DNA from: an uncultured Microbacteriaceae bacterium
GTDB lineage: Bacteria; Actinomycetota; Actinomycetes; Actinomycetales; Microbacteriaceae
NCBI GenBank assembly: GCA_964412175.1
Contig: CAYPND010000012.1
Location: forward strand, 1,540-65,539
Direction of reading: 5' to 3'
Length of the DNA stretch: 64,000 bases
Shown: in pieces, positions 21,221 to 29,789 of the stretch
Position numbering within the stretch: position 1 is the stretch's first letter
How the letters are laid out: each line of letters opens with the position of its first letter
Position numbers and translations under genes: made by a program
Notes under the pieces: generated by a model
Database searches by the model: none
Told to the model about the DNA's origin: nothing
Seen by the model: the letters and a program-made list of their open reading frames with translations, nothing else

Positions 21221-24200
21221 ATGTCGATCTCGACCGCCGCGCCTCGCGCGTTCGCTGCACTGCTTGCCGTCGTCGTCGTCGTTGCCGGAGTTGTGGCCAC
21301 GCCAGCCCCTCCAGCGGCGGCGGCGCCCAGCGCTGTCACGCAGACTTTTGGCTATACAGGGACTGCGCAGACCTTCACGGTACCGGCCGGGGTGACGCAG
21401 CTTGGGGTCACGCTGTCCGGAGCTGAAGGTGGCCGGGGTGGCCGCGACGGCGTTTTCGGTGAACCCGGCGGCTACAAGGGTCAAGTGACCGGCACGATTG
21501 CCGTGACACCCGGCCAAGTGCTGTCGATGAGCGTCGGTGGCGGCGGAGCGGCCGGAGCCAGTTGCTCCAACTCGCAGACGCGCGCTTCAGGAGGAGCGAG
21601 CCCGTTCACCGGATATTCCGGTGGTGGCGGCGGCATGCCCGGCAATCAGGGATGCTCGGGTGGCGGTGGAGGTGGCGGCGCAGCGACCGTGCTCATGGCG
21701 GGAACCGAGACGCTCGTCGCCGGCGGCGCTGGCGGTGGCGGCGGCAGCGGCCAGTGGGCCATCCTGATCGGTCGACAGGCTCAGGCGACGCATACGGCTC
21801 GCACCGACCGAACCACGGGTGTCGGTCAAGACGGATTCAACGTGCTGCAGATATGCACCACTGCCTGCGACGGCGGGGGTGGCGGTGGTGGCGGTGGTGG
21901 CGCTCAGGGCGGTGCCCAAGGAGGCGTCGAGTTCGGCACCGGACAGTACACCGAATGGCTCGGCTACGGTGGCTCTCCCGGCGCAAATTCCACAGCGGGG
22001 CTCACGGGCGTGAGCGCGACCTATGTGTACTTCTCCGGAAACAGCGGCAACGGTTCGATCTCGATCACGTACTCGGTTGGCTCGGCCGATTCGCCAACAA
22101 ACGTCATCGGCACGACGGGCAACTCGAGCGTTGACGTGAACTGGACGGCGCCGGCGAATGAGGGGGGTGCGAGCGTCACCGACTATGTCATCGAGTACAC
22201 CGAAGACTCCGCGACTCCTGCGTGGCAGACCGTCGATGACGGCGTCTCGACTGACACCTCGACACGAGTCACCGGGCTCACGAACGGCACCTCGTATCTC
22301 TTCCGTGTTTCTGCGGTCAACTCGTTCGGCACAAGCACTCCCTCTGCACCCTCCGAGGCGGTCTTTGCGAGCGGTACGCCGAGCGCTCCCGCCATCACCG
22401 CAATCGTGTCGCGGGATGCTGCGCTCACGGTGGCGTTCTCGGCAGCCGATTCGCCTATTCCGATTGAGTACTACGAGTACCAAATCGATGGTGGCGCGTG
22501 GACGGCGACATCGGCCTCCTCCACCCCGATCACGATCAGCGGCCTCAGCAATGGCAGAACGTACGAGGTGCGCCTGCGCGGCGTCAACGCTATCGGTGCG
22601 GGCGACGCTTCAGAGCCCGTCTCGGGCATGGCGATCTCAACACCGGGTGCCCCGACGATCGACCAGGTGAGCCCCATGATCGGCGGCGCGAACATCGACT
22701 TTTCGCCCGGCTTCGGGGGTGGCGGCGTCATCACCGGCTACGAGTATCGGGTCGACGGCGGTGACTGGGTGACCTCCGGCCCCTCGAGCCCCCTCACGAT
22801 CAGCGGCCTCGGCAACGGCACGAGCTCAATCGTTCAACTGCGGGCGCTCAACACTGCGGGCGGCGGCACGCCCTCGGCGCCCGTCACTATCGTGACCCCG
22901 TCGGCACCCGGCGCACCGACGATCGACTCGATCGCGGCTACCGACGGCGCGCTGCTGGTCGATGTCACCCCCGGTTCCGACGGTGGATCGCTCGTCACCG
23001 GCTACGAGTACCGTCTCGACCTGGGTGAGTGGGTCTCCGCTGGGTCGACGGCGAGCCCTGTGACGATCACGGGCCTCGAGAACGGTGAGACAGTGAGCGT
23101 GCAGTTGCGCGCGATCAACGCTGTCGGCACCGGTCTCGCATCGGTTTCGGTCGAGGCTACCCCGGCGACTACCCCGAGCGCCCCGACGATCGTCGGTGAC
23201 ACCGTCTCCGGCTTCGACGCGACCCTCAGCGCGCAGTTCACAGCTCCTGCTTCTGACGGCGGCTCGCCCATCACGACGTACGAATACTCCACCGACGGCG
23301 GTGCGACCTGGCGGCCGCGCGAGTATGGCACGACGGCCAGCCCACTGGTCATCACGACGCTCTCGAGCGACGGGACTACCCCACTAACCAATGGCACAAC
23401 GTACTATGTCGAGGTGCGCGCTGTGAACGCGCAGGGCGCGGGCACCGCCTCGGGCGTCGCCGAGGGCATCGCCCGAACGATGCCGAGTGCGCCGAGCATC
23501 ACGAACGTCACGGTCGGATCGGGCGAGCTGCGCGTGCAGTTCTCTGCCCCTGCGAACGGCGGCTCGCCGATCACCTCGTACCAATACCGTCTCGACGACG
23601 GTGCCTGGATCGTCACGAGCGGGCTCGGCACCTCGTTCTCGATCACCGGGCTCACCAACGGCACCCCCCGCCTCGTCTCGGTGCGCGCGGTCAACGCCGT
23701 CGGCAACGGCCCCTCCTCAGAGCCGGTCAGTGCGACGCCCGTCGCGGTTCCTGGCCAGCCGACGATCGTCACCTTCCTGCCGACCGACCGCACGCTGACA
23801 CTATCGGTCGCGCTCCTCGACGACGGCGGCACGTCCGTCACGGCATGGCAGTACTCGACCGACGCGGGCGCCACGTGGGCCGCTGCCGGAGCGAGCACGA
23901 GCCCCTTCGCGATCACCGCGCTGTCGTCCGACCCCGATGCCCGCCTCGTCAACGGCGAGAACTACACCGTGTTGGTGCGCGCCGCGAGTGCTGCGGGAAC
24001 CGGCGCGGCCTCGGCCCCGCGTATCCTTAGCCCGCGTGCCGTGCCCGCGCAAACGGTTACGTCGCTGACACCACTCGATGGCGGCGTATCGGTCGCGTTC
24101 TCGGTCGCCGATGACGGCGGTTCGCCCATTCTCGACATGCAGTACAGCCTCAACGGTTCGGCCTTCGTTTCCACGGGCTCGCTCTCGTCGCCGTTCGTGT

Positions 24201-27200
24201 TGACCGGGCTTCCGAATGGGCAGGCCGCGAGTCTGCAACTGCGCGCCGTGAACGTCTCGGGGGCGGGTGCTGCGTCAGAGACGCGTTCCGCCACTCCTCG
24301 CACCGTTCCGGGCGCGCCGACCGCGGTCACTGTCGTCGCCGACAATGCTCGGGCGCTCGTCGCCTGGGCGGCTCCCACCACCGACGGCGGCGCGAGCATC
24401 TCGCAGTACACCGCGACCGCGTACGCGACCGCGAGCTCGACGACCCCGATCGCCGCGTGCGTGACGGCTGGCGCCGACTGCGCCATCACGGGGCTCATCA
24501 ACGACACGACGTACTTCGTATCGGTCGTCGCCGCGAACACCGCGGGCACGGGCGCTGCTTCGGCACCGCGCGTCGCGGTGCTGCCGCTCGCTAAGCCCGC
24601 AGCGCCGAACCTCACCGGCATCACGGCTGCAAACACTTTCGTCTCGGTGACCTTCACGGCCGGCGCGGCGGGCTCGCGCCCGATCGCCGGCTACGAGTAC
24701 CAACTGAACGGCGGGGCGTGGACCCCGGCGGCCGGAACGTCGAGCCCCTTGGTCATCTCGGGGCTCACGAACGGCACGTCCTATACGGTCGCACTGCGGG
24801 CCGTGAGCGCGGCTGGAGATGGTGCGGCATCGAACACGCGCACCGCCACACCGTTTACGCTACCCGGAACTCCTGACTCGGCCACGATCATCGCAGAACC
24901 GGCCAGCGGTTCTGCAATCATTTCCTGGGTAGCGCCGCCGGCGAACGGCTCGGCCATCACGGGTTATTCCGTCGTCGCATGGTCGGCCGCAAGCCAGGGC
25001 ACCCAGGTGCGCACGTGCAGCACGACGGGGGCACTGAGTTGCACGATCACCGGTCTCACCAACGGCACGACGTACTACATCACGATTGACGCGACGAACG
25101 CCGCCGGAACCAGCACTCGGTCGACACCGCGCGTACCCGTCGTGTACACCGGCAAGCCGGGCTCGGTGAGCGGCGTCGTCGCCGTCGCTGGTGATGCGCA
25201 GGCGACCGTGACGTGGAATGCGGGAGCAGCCGGCGCGAGCGCCGTGACCGACTACACCGTCTGGTACCGCGCGGTCGGGGCGAGCGAGTACACGCTGTGG
25301 AACGACGGCGTCGGCACCGAGCGCTCTGCCACGGTCGCCGATCTCGAGAACGGCACCGAGTACACCTTCATCGTCTACGCCGTCAACGCGCAGGGCGCGA
25401 GCATCGCAAGCGTTCCGTCTGCGGCGGTGAGCCCGACCGGCATCGGGGTCGCGCCGACCTTCGGCGAGCCGGTGCGGACCGACGACGGCTTCAGGGTCGA
25501 GATCACCAACTATTACGCGCCGACCGTGTACTCGGCGACGGCGACGAACGGTGCCAACGCCGTCGTCAACGGCTCGACCGTGACCGTCAGCGGATTGCCG
25601 GCGAGCGCCGAGGCGACCGTTACGGTCGAGGCAGCCCGTCACGGCTACACGACGACGTCGGCAAGCACGAGCGGCACGGCCCTCGATGCGGGCGTCGCAC
25701 CCGAGCTCAGTGCACCGGTCTCGCGTGATGGCGGATTCACGGTCGAGATCACGAATCCTGATGCAGAGGCTCAATACCTCCTGACCGTGCCCGAGGGCGC
25801 CCTGGCGACGCTCGACGGCTGGAGCCTTACCGTCTCCGGGCTCGCGGATGGAGCATCAGCTGAACTCACGGTGACCGCGACGCGCGCCGGTCGCGCTGAC
25901 GCAACCGCGTCAGTAACCGGCGAGGCGCTGCCCGCCTCGCCACGTCCGCAGCTCGGCGAGATTGTGCGCACGGCCGACGGTTTCACCGTGCCGCTCATCG
26001 ATCCCGTCGACGGCGTCGACTATGCCCTCGGTGTCACAGCGGGCAGCGTTGTGCTGAGCGAGGGGGTTATCGTCGTCACGGGCCTGGAGCCCGGCCAGGA
26101 GTCGACGCTCACCGTGACCGCATCGCTCGTCGACCACGTTGACAGCGTGACCGCCACCTCGAGCGCGGCACTGGCGACGGGCACGGCGCCCGAGCTCGTG
26201 CTTGGCACCCGCACGCCTGACGGCTTCTCGTTGACGATCAACAACGCCGCCGATGGCGTCGGGTACCTTGTGTCGAGTACCGCGGGCACCGCGGTCCTCA
26301 GCGGAACCACCGTCGTGGTCTCGGGCCTCGCACCGGCGCAGACGGCTACCGTGACGGTGGTCGCCGTCGTCGATGGCCGAACCGACGCTCCGTCGAGCGT
26401 CTCATCGTCGGCCCTGGGCCAGGGCGCGATCGACGCTACGGGCACGACGCCAACGCTCGATGGCTTCCGGGTCGTCATCGCCGACTTTGATGTCGAGGCG
26501 ACCTACGCGCTGATGACGACCGCGGGCACCGTGGTGCTCGACGGCTCGACCATCGTGGTCACGGGCCTCGCGCCCGGGGAGTCGGCGACGGTCTCGATCG
26601 CTTACTCGAAAGAGGGCGAGACGGATGCGACGGCCGAGGTCACCGGCACCGCTCTCGCGATCGGCACCGCACCGACCTTCTCTGGCTCGACGAGCACGAC
26701 GGGAGGGTTCACCTTTCTGATCACCAACTTCTCGAGCGAGATCAGCTACTCGCTCGCCGTGACGAACGCGGCGAGCGTCACGATGAGCGGGTCGATGGTG
26801 ACGGTTTCGGGTCTCGCGCCCGGCGCGACGTCGGCAGTCACGGTGACTGCTAGCCGCGCAGGCTACCGCGACGCCGATGCCGTGACATCGGGGGTGTCGC
26901 TTGCGGCGGTGACCAGGCCACCAGTACCCGCGCCTTTCCCGCCTGCACCGCCAGCACCGTCTGGCACGACCCCGAGCGGGCCCACTACGCCGCGGTCACT
27001 GTCGCAAACACCAGGCTCCGGCGGGGTGCTCGTGGGCGGCCAGGTTCGCGAGTCGACGCTCCAGAGTGACGGAGAGCGCTTCACTGTTATGGCTGAAGGT
27101 GCGCGACTCGTTGTCGTTCCGGTCGTGACGCGCCCTATGGCAACCTCGGCCACCGCAACCCCGGTCGTGGTCGTGGGGGGCGATCTGATCGTCGAGGTAG

Positions 27201-27622
27201 AGGGGTTCATTGTTGACGGCCAAGTCGAGATCTGGGCCTTCTCTGCGCCGACGTGGCTCGCGAGCATGACCGCCGACGAGCGCACGGCGGCTCGAGCCAC
27301 CGTCACGCTGCCCTCCAAAATTGGGCCGGGCGAGCACACGATCGTCGTGACGGGGATAGGGCCGCAGGGTCAAACGATCGAACTCTCCCTGGGCATTCTC
27401 GTAGTTGAGAAGGTCGAGGCACCGGGCGTGGTCGACTCGGTGGGCGAGGTATCGGACGCGGGCGCGGGAGGTACGCAGACAGATGGCCTCGGCGTGGGCG
27501 GCCCGATTGCGATCAGTGCTGGCATCCTTTTCGTCGGCCTTGCCTTTGCGATTGCCTTTCTGCTGCTGGTCGCGCTCCGGCGTCGTCGCCGTGACGATCA
27601 GCAGGTGTCGACGTCGAGCTGA
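21221..27622 (+). CDS. Giant secreted, membrane-anchored surface protein: signal peptide, glycine-rich domain, 12 FN3 domains, 6 copies of an unassigned ~80-aa repeat, Pro-rich linker, C-terminal domain and TM anchor
   Basis: Uninterrupted 2133-aa ORF. N-terminal hydrophobic signal ending AAAAPSA. Gly runs (GGGGGGGGGAQGG). Recurring GL-NGT-Y..V.AVN FN3 signature 12 times. DGF-V-I.N ... TV(S/T)GL motif 6 times. C-terminal ILFVGLAFAIAFLLLVALRRRRRDD. Confidence 0.9.
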   Translation: MSISTAAPRAFAALLAVVVVVAGVVATPAPPAAAAPSAVTQTFGYTGTAQTFTVPAGVTQLGVTLSGAEGGRGGRDGVFGEPGGYKGQVTGTIAVTPGQVLSMSVGGGGAAGASCSNSQTRASGGASPFTGYSGGGGGMPGNQGCSGGGGGGGAATVLMAGTETLVAGGAGGGGGSGQWAILIGRQAQATHTARTDRTTGVGQDGFNVLQICTTACDGGGGGGGGGGAQGGAQGGVEFGTGQYTEWLGYGGSPGANSTAGLTGVSATYVYFSGNSGNGSISITYSVGSADSPTNVIGTTGNSSVDVNWTAPANEGGASVTDYVIEYTEDSATPAWQTVDDGVSTDTSTRVTGLTNGTSYLFRVSAVNSFGTSTPSAPSEAVFASGTPSAPAITAIVSRDAALTVAFSAADSPIPIEYYEYQIDGGAWTATSASSTPITISGLSNGRTYEVRLRGVNAIGAGDASEPVSGMAISTPGAPTIDQVSPMIGGANIDFSPGFGGGGVITGYEYRVDGGDWVTSGPSSPLTISGLGNGTSSIVQLRALNTAGGGTPSAPVTIVTPSAPGAPTIDSIAATDGALLVDVTPGSDGGSLVTGYEYRLDLGEWVSAGSTASPVTITGLENGETVSVQLRAINAVGTGLASVSVEATPATTPSAPTIVGDTVSGFDATLSAQFTAPASDGGSPITTYEYSTDGGATWRPREYGTTASPLVITTLSSDGTTPLTNGTTYYVEVRAVNAQGAGTASGVAEGIARTMPSAPSITNVTVGSGELRVQFSAPANGGSPITSYQYRLDDGAWIVTSGLGTSFSITGLTNGTPRLVSVRAVNAVGNGPSSEPVSATPVAVPGQPTIVTFLPTDRTLTLSVALLDDGGTSVTAWQYSTDAGATWAAAGASTSPFAITALSSDPDARLVNGENYTVLVRAASAAGTGAASAPRILSPRAVPAQTVTSLTPLDGGVSVAFSVADDGGSPILDMQYSLNGSAFVSTGSLSSPFVLTGLPNGQAASLQLRAVNVSGAGAASETRSATPRTVPGAPTAVTVVADNARALVAWAAPTTDGGASISQYTATAYATASSTTPIAACVTAGADCAITGLINDTTYFVSVVAANTAGTGAASAPRVAVLPLAKPAAPNLTGITAANTFVSVTFTAGAAGSRPIAGYEYQLNGGAWTPAAGTSSPLVISGLTNGTSYTVALRAVSAAGDGAASNTRTATPFTLPGTPDSATIIAEPASGSAIISWVAPPANGSAITGYSVVAWSAASQGTQVRTCSTTGALSCTITGLTNGTTYYITIDATNAAGTSTRSTPRVPVVYTGKPGSVSGVVAVAGDAQATVTWNAGAAGASAVTDYTVWYRAVGASEYTLWNDGVGTERSATVADLENGTEYTFIVYAVNAQGASIASVPSAAVSPTGIGVAPTFGEPVRTDDGFRVEITNYYAPTVYSATATNGANAVVNGSTVTVSGLPASAEATVTVEAARHGYTTTSASTSGTALDAGVAPELSAPVSRDGGFTVEITNPDAEAQYLLTVPEGALATLDGWSLTVSGLADGASAELTVTATRAGRADATASVTGEALPASPRPQLGEIVRTADGFTVPLIDPVDGVDYALGVTAGSVVLSEGVIVVTGLEPGQESTLTVTASLVDHVDSVTATSSAALATGTAPELVLGTRTPDGFSLTINNAADGVGYLVSSTAGTAVLSGTTVVVSGLAPAQTATVTVVAVVDGRTDAPSSVSSSALGQGAIDATGTTPTLDGFRVVIADFDVEATYALMTTAGTVVLDGSTIVVTGLAPGESATVSIAYSKEGETDATAEVTGTALAIGTAPTFSGSTSTTGGFTFLITNFSSEISYSLAVTNAASVTMSGSMVTVSGLAPGATSAVTVTASRAGYRDADAVTSGVSLAAVTRPPVPAPFPPAPPAPSGTTPSGPTTPRSLSQTPGSGGVLVGGQVRESTLQSDGERFTVMAEGARLVVVPVVTRPMATSATATPVVVVGGDLIVEVEGFIVDGQVEIWAFSAPTWLASMTADERTAARATVTLPSKIGPGEHTIVVTGIGPQGQTIELSLGILVVEKVEAPGVVDSVGEVSDAGAGGTQTDGLGVGGPIAISAGILFVGLAFAIAFLLLVALRRRRRDDQQVSTSS
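22091..25440 (+). repeat. Array of 12 tandem fibronectin type III domain-coding repeats (diverged at DNA level)
   Basis: Each unit of roughly 90 aa starts P(S/G)AP and ends ...(G/N)AGTGAAS. Units counted by the GLxNGTxY motif. Confidence 0.8.
25441..26901 (+). repeat. Six tandem ~80-aa repeats of an unassigned beta-rich module
   Basis: Units begin G(V/T)AP(T/E)(F/L) ... (D/G)GF(R/T)V.I(T/A)N and contain (T/V)V(T/V)V(S/T)GL(A/P). Confidence 0.7.
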
Positions 27623-27654
27623 TCGACTGAGCCGACCAAGCAGAATACACAGCA

Positions 27655-27690
27655 CGAGGGGCCTCGCGCTCTCCGGTGCGAGGCCCCTCG
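27655..27690. terminator. Bidirectional hairpin between the giant gene and hsp20
   Basis: CGAGGGGCCTCGC, N10 loop, GCGAGGCCCCTCG. Perfect 13-bp stem. Confidence 0.65.
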
Positions 27691-27716
27691 AATGCGGCCG
27701 GATACCTCTGGCCCGA

Positions 27717-28139
27717 CTAAGCCGTGACCTCCTGGCGGTCGCCCGCGGTGGCCACGCTAATCTTGCGCGGCTTGGCCCGCTCGGCCACCGGGATCATGAC
27801 GCTCAGCACGCCATTCTCGTAGTGAGCTGAGATGCCGTCGCTATCGATGTCTTTGCCGAGCGTCAGCTGGCGCAGGTAACTGCCGTAGCCGCGCTCGCGG
27901 GCGAGCCACTGCACGCCCTCGTGGGCGCGGGCAGACCGCTCGGCGCGGATGGTCAGCAACTGGCCGTCGACATCGACGTCGACCGAGCCCGGGTCGATGC
28001 CCGGCAGGTCGGCCGTCAGTACGTAGTGGTCGCCGTCACGGAACAGGTCCATGGGCATCAGCCGAGGGCTCTGGCGCTGGTCGAGCAGGCTCGAGGCAAC
28101 GCGGTCAAGCTCGCGGAATGGGTCGAAAAACATGGTCAT
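27717..28139 (-). CDS. Small heat-shock protein (Hsp20/alpha-crystallin family)
   Basis: 140 aa. DLFRDGDHYVLTADLPGIDPGSVDVDVDGQLLTIRAER and GVLSVMIPV. GAAGGAGG RBS. Confidence 0.92.
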   Translation of the reverse strand: MTMFFDPFRELDRVASSLLDQRQSPRLMPMDLFRDGDHYVLTADLPGIDPGSVDVDVDGQLLTIRAERSARAHEGVQWLARERGYGSYLRQLTLGKDIDSDGISAHYENGVLSVMIPVAERAKPRKISVATAGDRQEVTA

Positions 28140-28188
28140 CGCGATCCTCCTTCGTCACGTCGCCCGCCGGCGGGCGGGTGTCTGAGAA

Positions 28189-28209
28189 CCTGAGTCGGAG
28201 TGACTCAAG
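28189..28209. promoter_or_regulatory. HAIR-like HspR operator (CTTGAGT-N7-ACTCAGG on the coding strand)
   Basis: Plus strand reads CCTGAGTcggagtgACTCAAG. One mismatch to the consensus CTTGAGT-N7-ACTCAAG. 50-70 nt upstream of the hsp20 ATG. Confidence 0.65.
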
Positions 28210-28219
28210 TACAGGAATG

Positions 28220-28246
28220 TTAGCACTCAACCACCGAGAGTGCCAA
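28220..28246. promoter_or_regulatory. CIRCE-like HrcA operator (TTAGCACTC-N9-GAGTGCCAA)
   Basis: One mismatch to TTAGCACTC-N9-GAGTGCTAA. On the hsp20 coding strand it embeds TTGGCA (-35-like, 28241..28246), with TAACAT (-10-like, 28217..28222) after an 18-nt spacer. Confidence 0.65.
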
Positions 28247-28304
28247 GAGTTTCCGCACTGCGAAAGGCCTGGTCAGAGCCGGTCACGAGCGTCGAACGGG
28301 TTCG

Positions 28305-29789
28305 TCAGTAGCCGGCAAAGTAGTCGGTGCGCACTTGGCGCACTCCCGCCCGGCGGAGGGTCGTGCGGGCAGCGGCGACGATCGAGGGCGCGCCCGAGAC
28401 GTACCCGCGCCGGGAGGCGAGGTCGGGCACGAGCTCGCGCAGGGCATCCGGCGTCAGCTGATCGGGGGCGAGCTCGATGAGGCGCGCTCCGGCTGCCTCG
28501 ATCGCCCCGCGGTAGAGCACCTCGCCGGGGTTCGACGAGACGACGACCATGACGATATCGCGCTGCTCGCCGCGCTCGGCGAGGCTCGCGAGCTGGCTCG
28601 CGAAGGGCGTGATGCCGATTCCGCCGGCGACCATGACAAGCGGGATCCTCGGGTCGGGCGGGAGCACGAAGTCGCCAGCGACCTGCGTCGCCCGGACGGG
28701 CGTGCCCGGTTCGAGGGTCGCGAGCGCCGCCTTGAACGAGCTGCCGCCCTCGGGCGTCCGCATGCCGATCGCGACGAGCGGCTCCGCGGCCGTGGCGCGT
28801 TCGGGCGCCGACGCGATCGAGAAGGTGCGGCGCGCGCCCCGGATATCGGTGGCGTGCGGCAGGTGCAGCTCAAGGTACTGCCCGGCCTCGAAGCGCAGCG
28901 GGCGGGAGGGCTCGAAGCGGTACTCGGTCGCGAACTCCGAGAGGGGTGCGCGGTCGACGAACCGAACCGAGAAGCCGGTGCGGCGCGAGACCGCGAAGGC
29001 CACGATGTTGCCGATCACGAGGGCGAGCTCGGGCGAGGTGTAGATCGGGCCGAAGCCGAATGGCACCGAGAACGCCACCGCGACCACGGCGGCCGTCAGC
29101 CAGCGCTGCCAGCGTCGGGGTGGGAGCGTCTGCGGCTCGCTGAGCATGAAGCCCGCGAGGAAGACGACGGGGAAGAGCTGCAGCACGGTCGTCACGGCCC
29201 CGAGCGGCGCGGTGCCCGTCGCAACGAGCCGGATGCCGATGATGACGAACGTGAGCCCGATGAAGATGAGCCCCACGTCGAGTCGACGGGTACGGTCGAG
29301 CAGCAGCAGGGCGCCCACGGCGACCGCAGGCAGCAGGGCGGGCGTCGCGATCCACCAGAAGCCGACGCCCTGCCCGACGTAGTAGCCGACGATTCCCGCG
29401 ATGAACACGCCCGTCGACGCCGGGTTGAGCAGGTGCCGCCCGCGCCACACGATGAGGTACTTCGAGAGCGCCGCGAGCACACCCGCACCCGCGGCGGCGA
29501 TGAGGCCGGACGTCGTGAGGCTCGGCTGCACGATGCACGTGACGATGAGCGCGGTAATGACGCTCGACTCGCGGTGCGGCACGACGCGCGCGAGCTGCGC
29601 GGCGATCTCGTTCGCGCCGAGAGTGGCGACGATCACCACGCCCAGGGTGCCGAGAATCGCGTAGGGATCGGGCCCGATCACGTTGAGGAAGCCAAACAGC
29701 ACCGCCTGCGCGAGCACGATCGCGAGCGTGATCGTGGCCAGCCGGTACATGCTCACCCGGCCGGTCAGGGCATCCACCCGTGCTCTCAT
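28305..29789 (-). CDS. Fusion of an RnfD/NqrB-like polytopic membrane domain with a ferredoxin-NADP reductase-like FAD/NAD(P)H domain
   Basis: 494 aa from ATG 29789. Membrane half has HLLNPAS. C-terminal half has RTFSIAS (RxYS FAD motif) and VAGGIGITPF (NAD(P) motif). ATGA overlap with apbE. Confidence 0.75.
   Translation of the reverse strand: MRARVDALTGRVSMYRLATITLAIVLAQAVLFGFLNVIGPDPYAILGTLGVVIVATLGANEIAAQLARVVPHRESSVITALIVTCIVQPSLTTSGLIAAAGAGVLAALSKYLIVWRGRHLLNPASTGVFIAGIVGYYVGQGVGFWWIATPALLPAVAVGALLLLDRTRRLDVGLIFIGLTFVIIGIRLVATGTAPLGAVTTVLQLFPVVFLAGFMLSEPQTLPPRRWQRWLTAAVVAVAFSVPFGFGPIYTSPELALVIGNIVAFAVSRRTGFSVRFVDRAPLSEFATEYRFEPSRPLRFEAGQYLELHLPHATDIRGARRTFSIASAPERATAAEPLVAIGMRTPEGGSSFKAALATLEPGTPVRATQVAGDFVLPPDPRIPLVMVAGGIGITPFASQLASLAERGEQRDIVMVVVSSNPGEVLYRGAIEAAGARLIELAPDQLTPDALRELVPDLASRRGYVSGAPSIVAAARTTLRRAGVRQVRTDYFAGY

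Noticed and set aside
21537-22483. Several alternative-frame ORFs inside the giant gene (for example 21562..22134 and 21587..22483).
   Set aside because: They are by-products of Gly-codon-rich repetitive DNA (GGN read as Arg/Trp/Ala). The 2133-aa frame has coherent domain architecture.
22091-26901. Possibility that the periodic DNA in the giant gene is a CRISPR array or other non-coding tandem repeat.
   Set aside because: Repeat units are 240-270 nt, diverged and in-frame, and they encode FN3-like modules. There are no short identical direct repeats with unique spacers. No cas genes are in the window.
27497-27622. Sortase (LPXTG) anchoring of the giant protein.
   Set aside because: No LPXTG/LAXTG-like motif precedes the C-terminal hydrophobic helix and positively charged tail. 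It was called a plain TM anchor instead.
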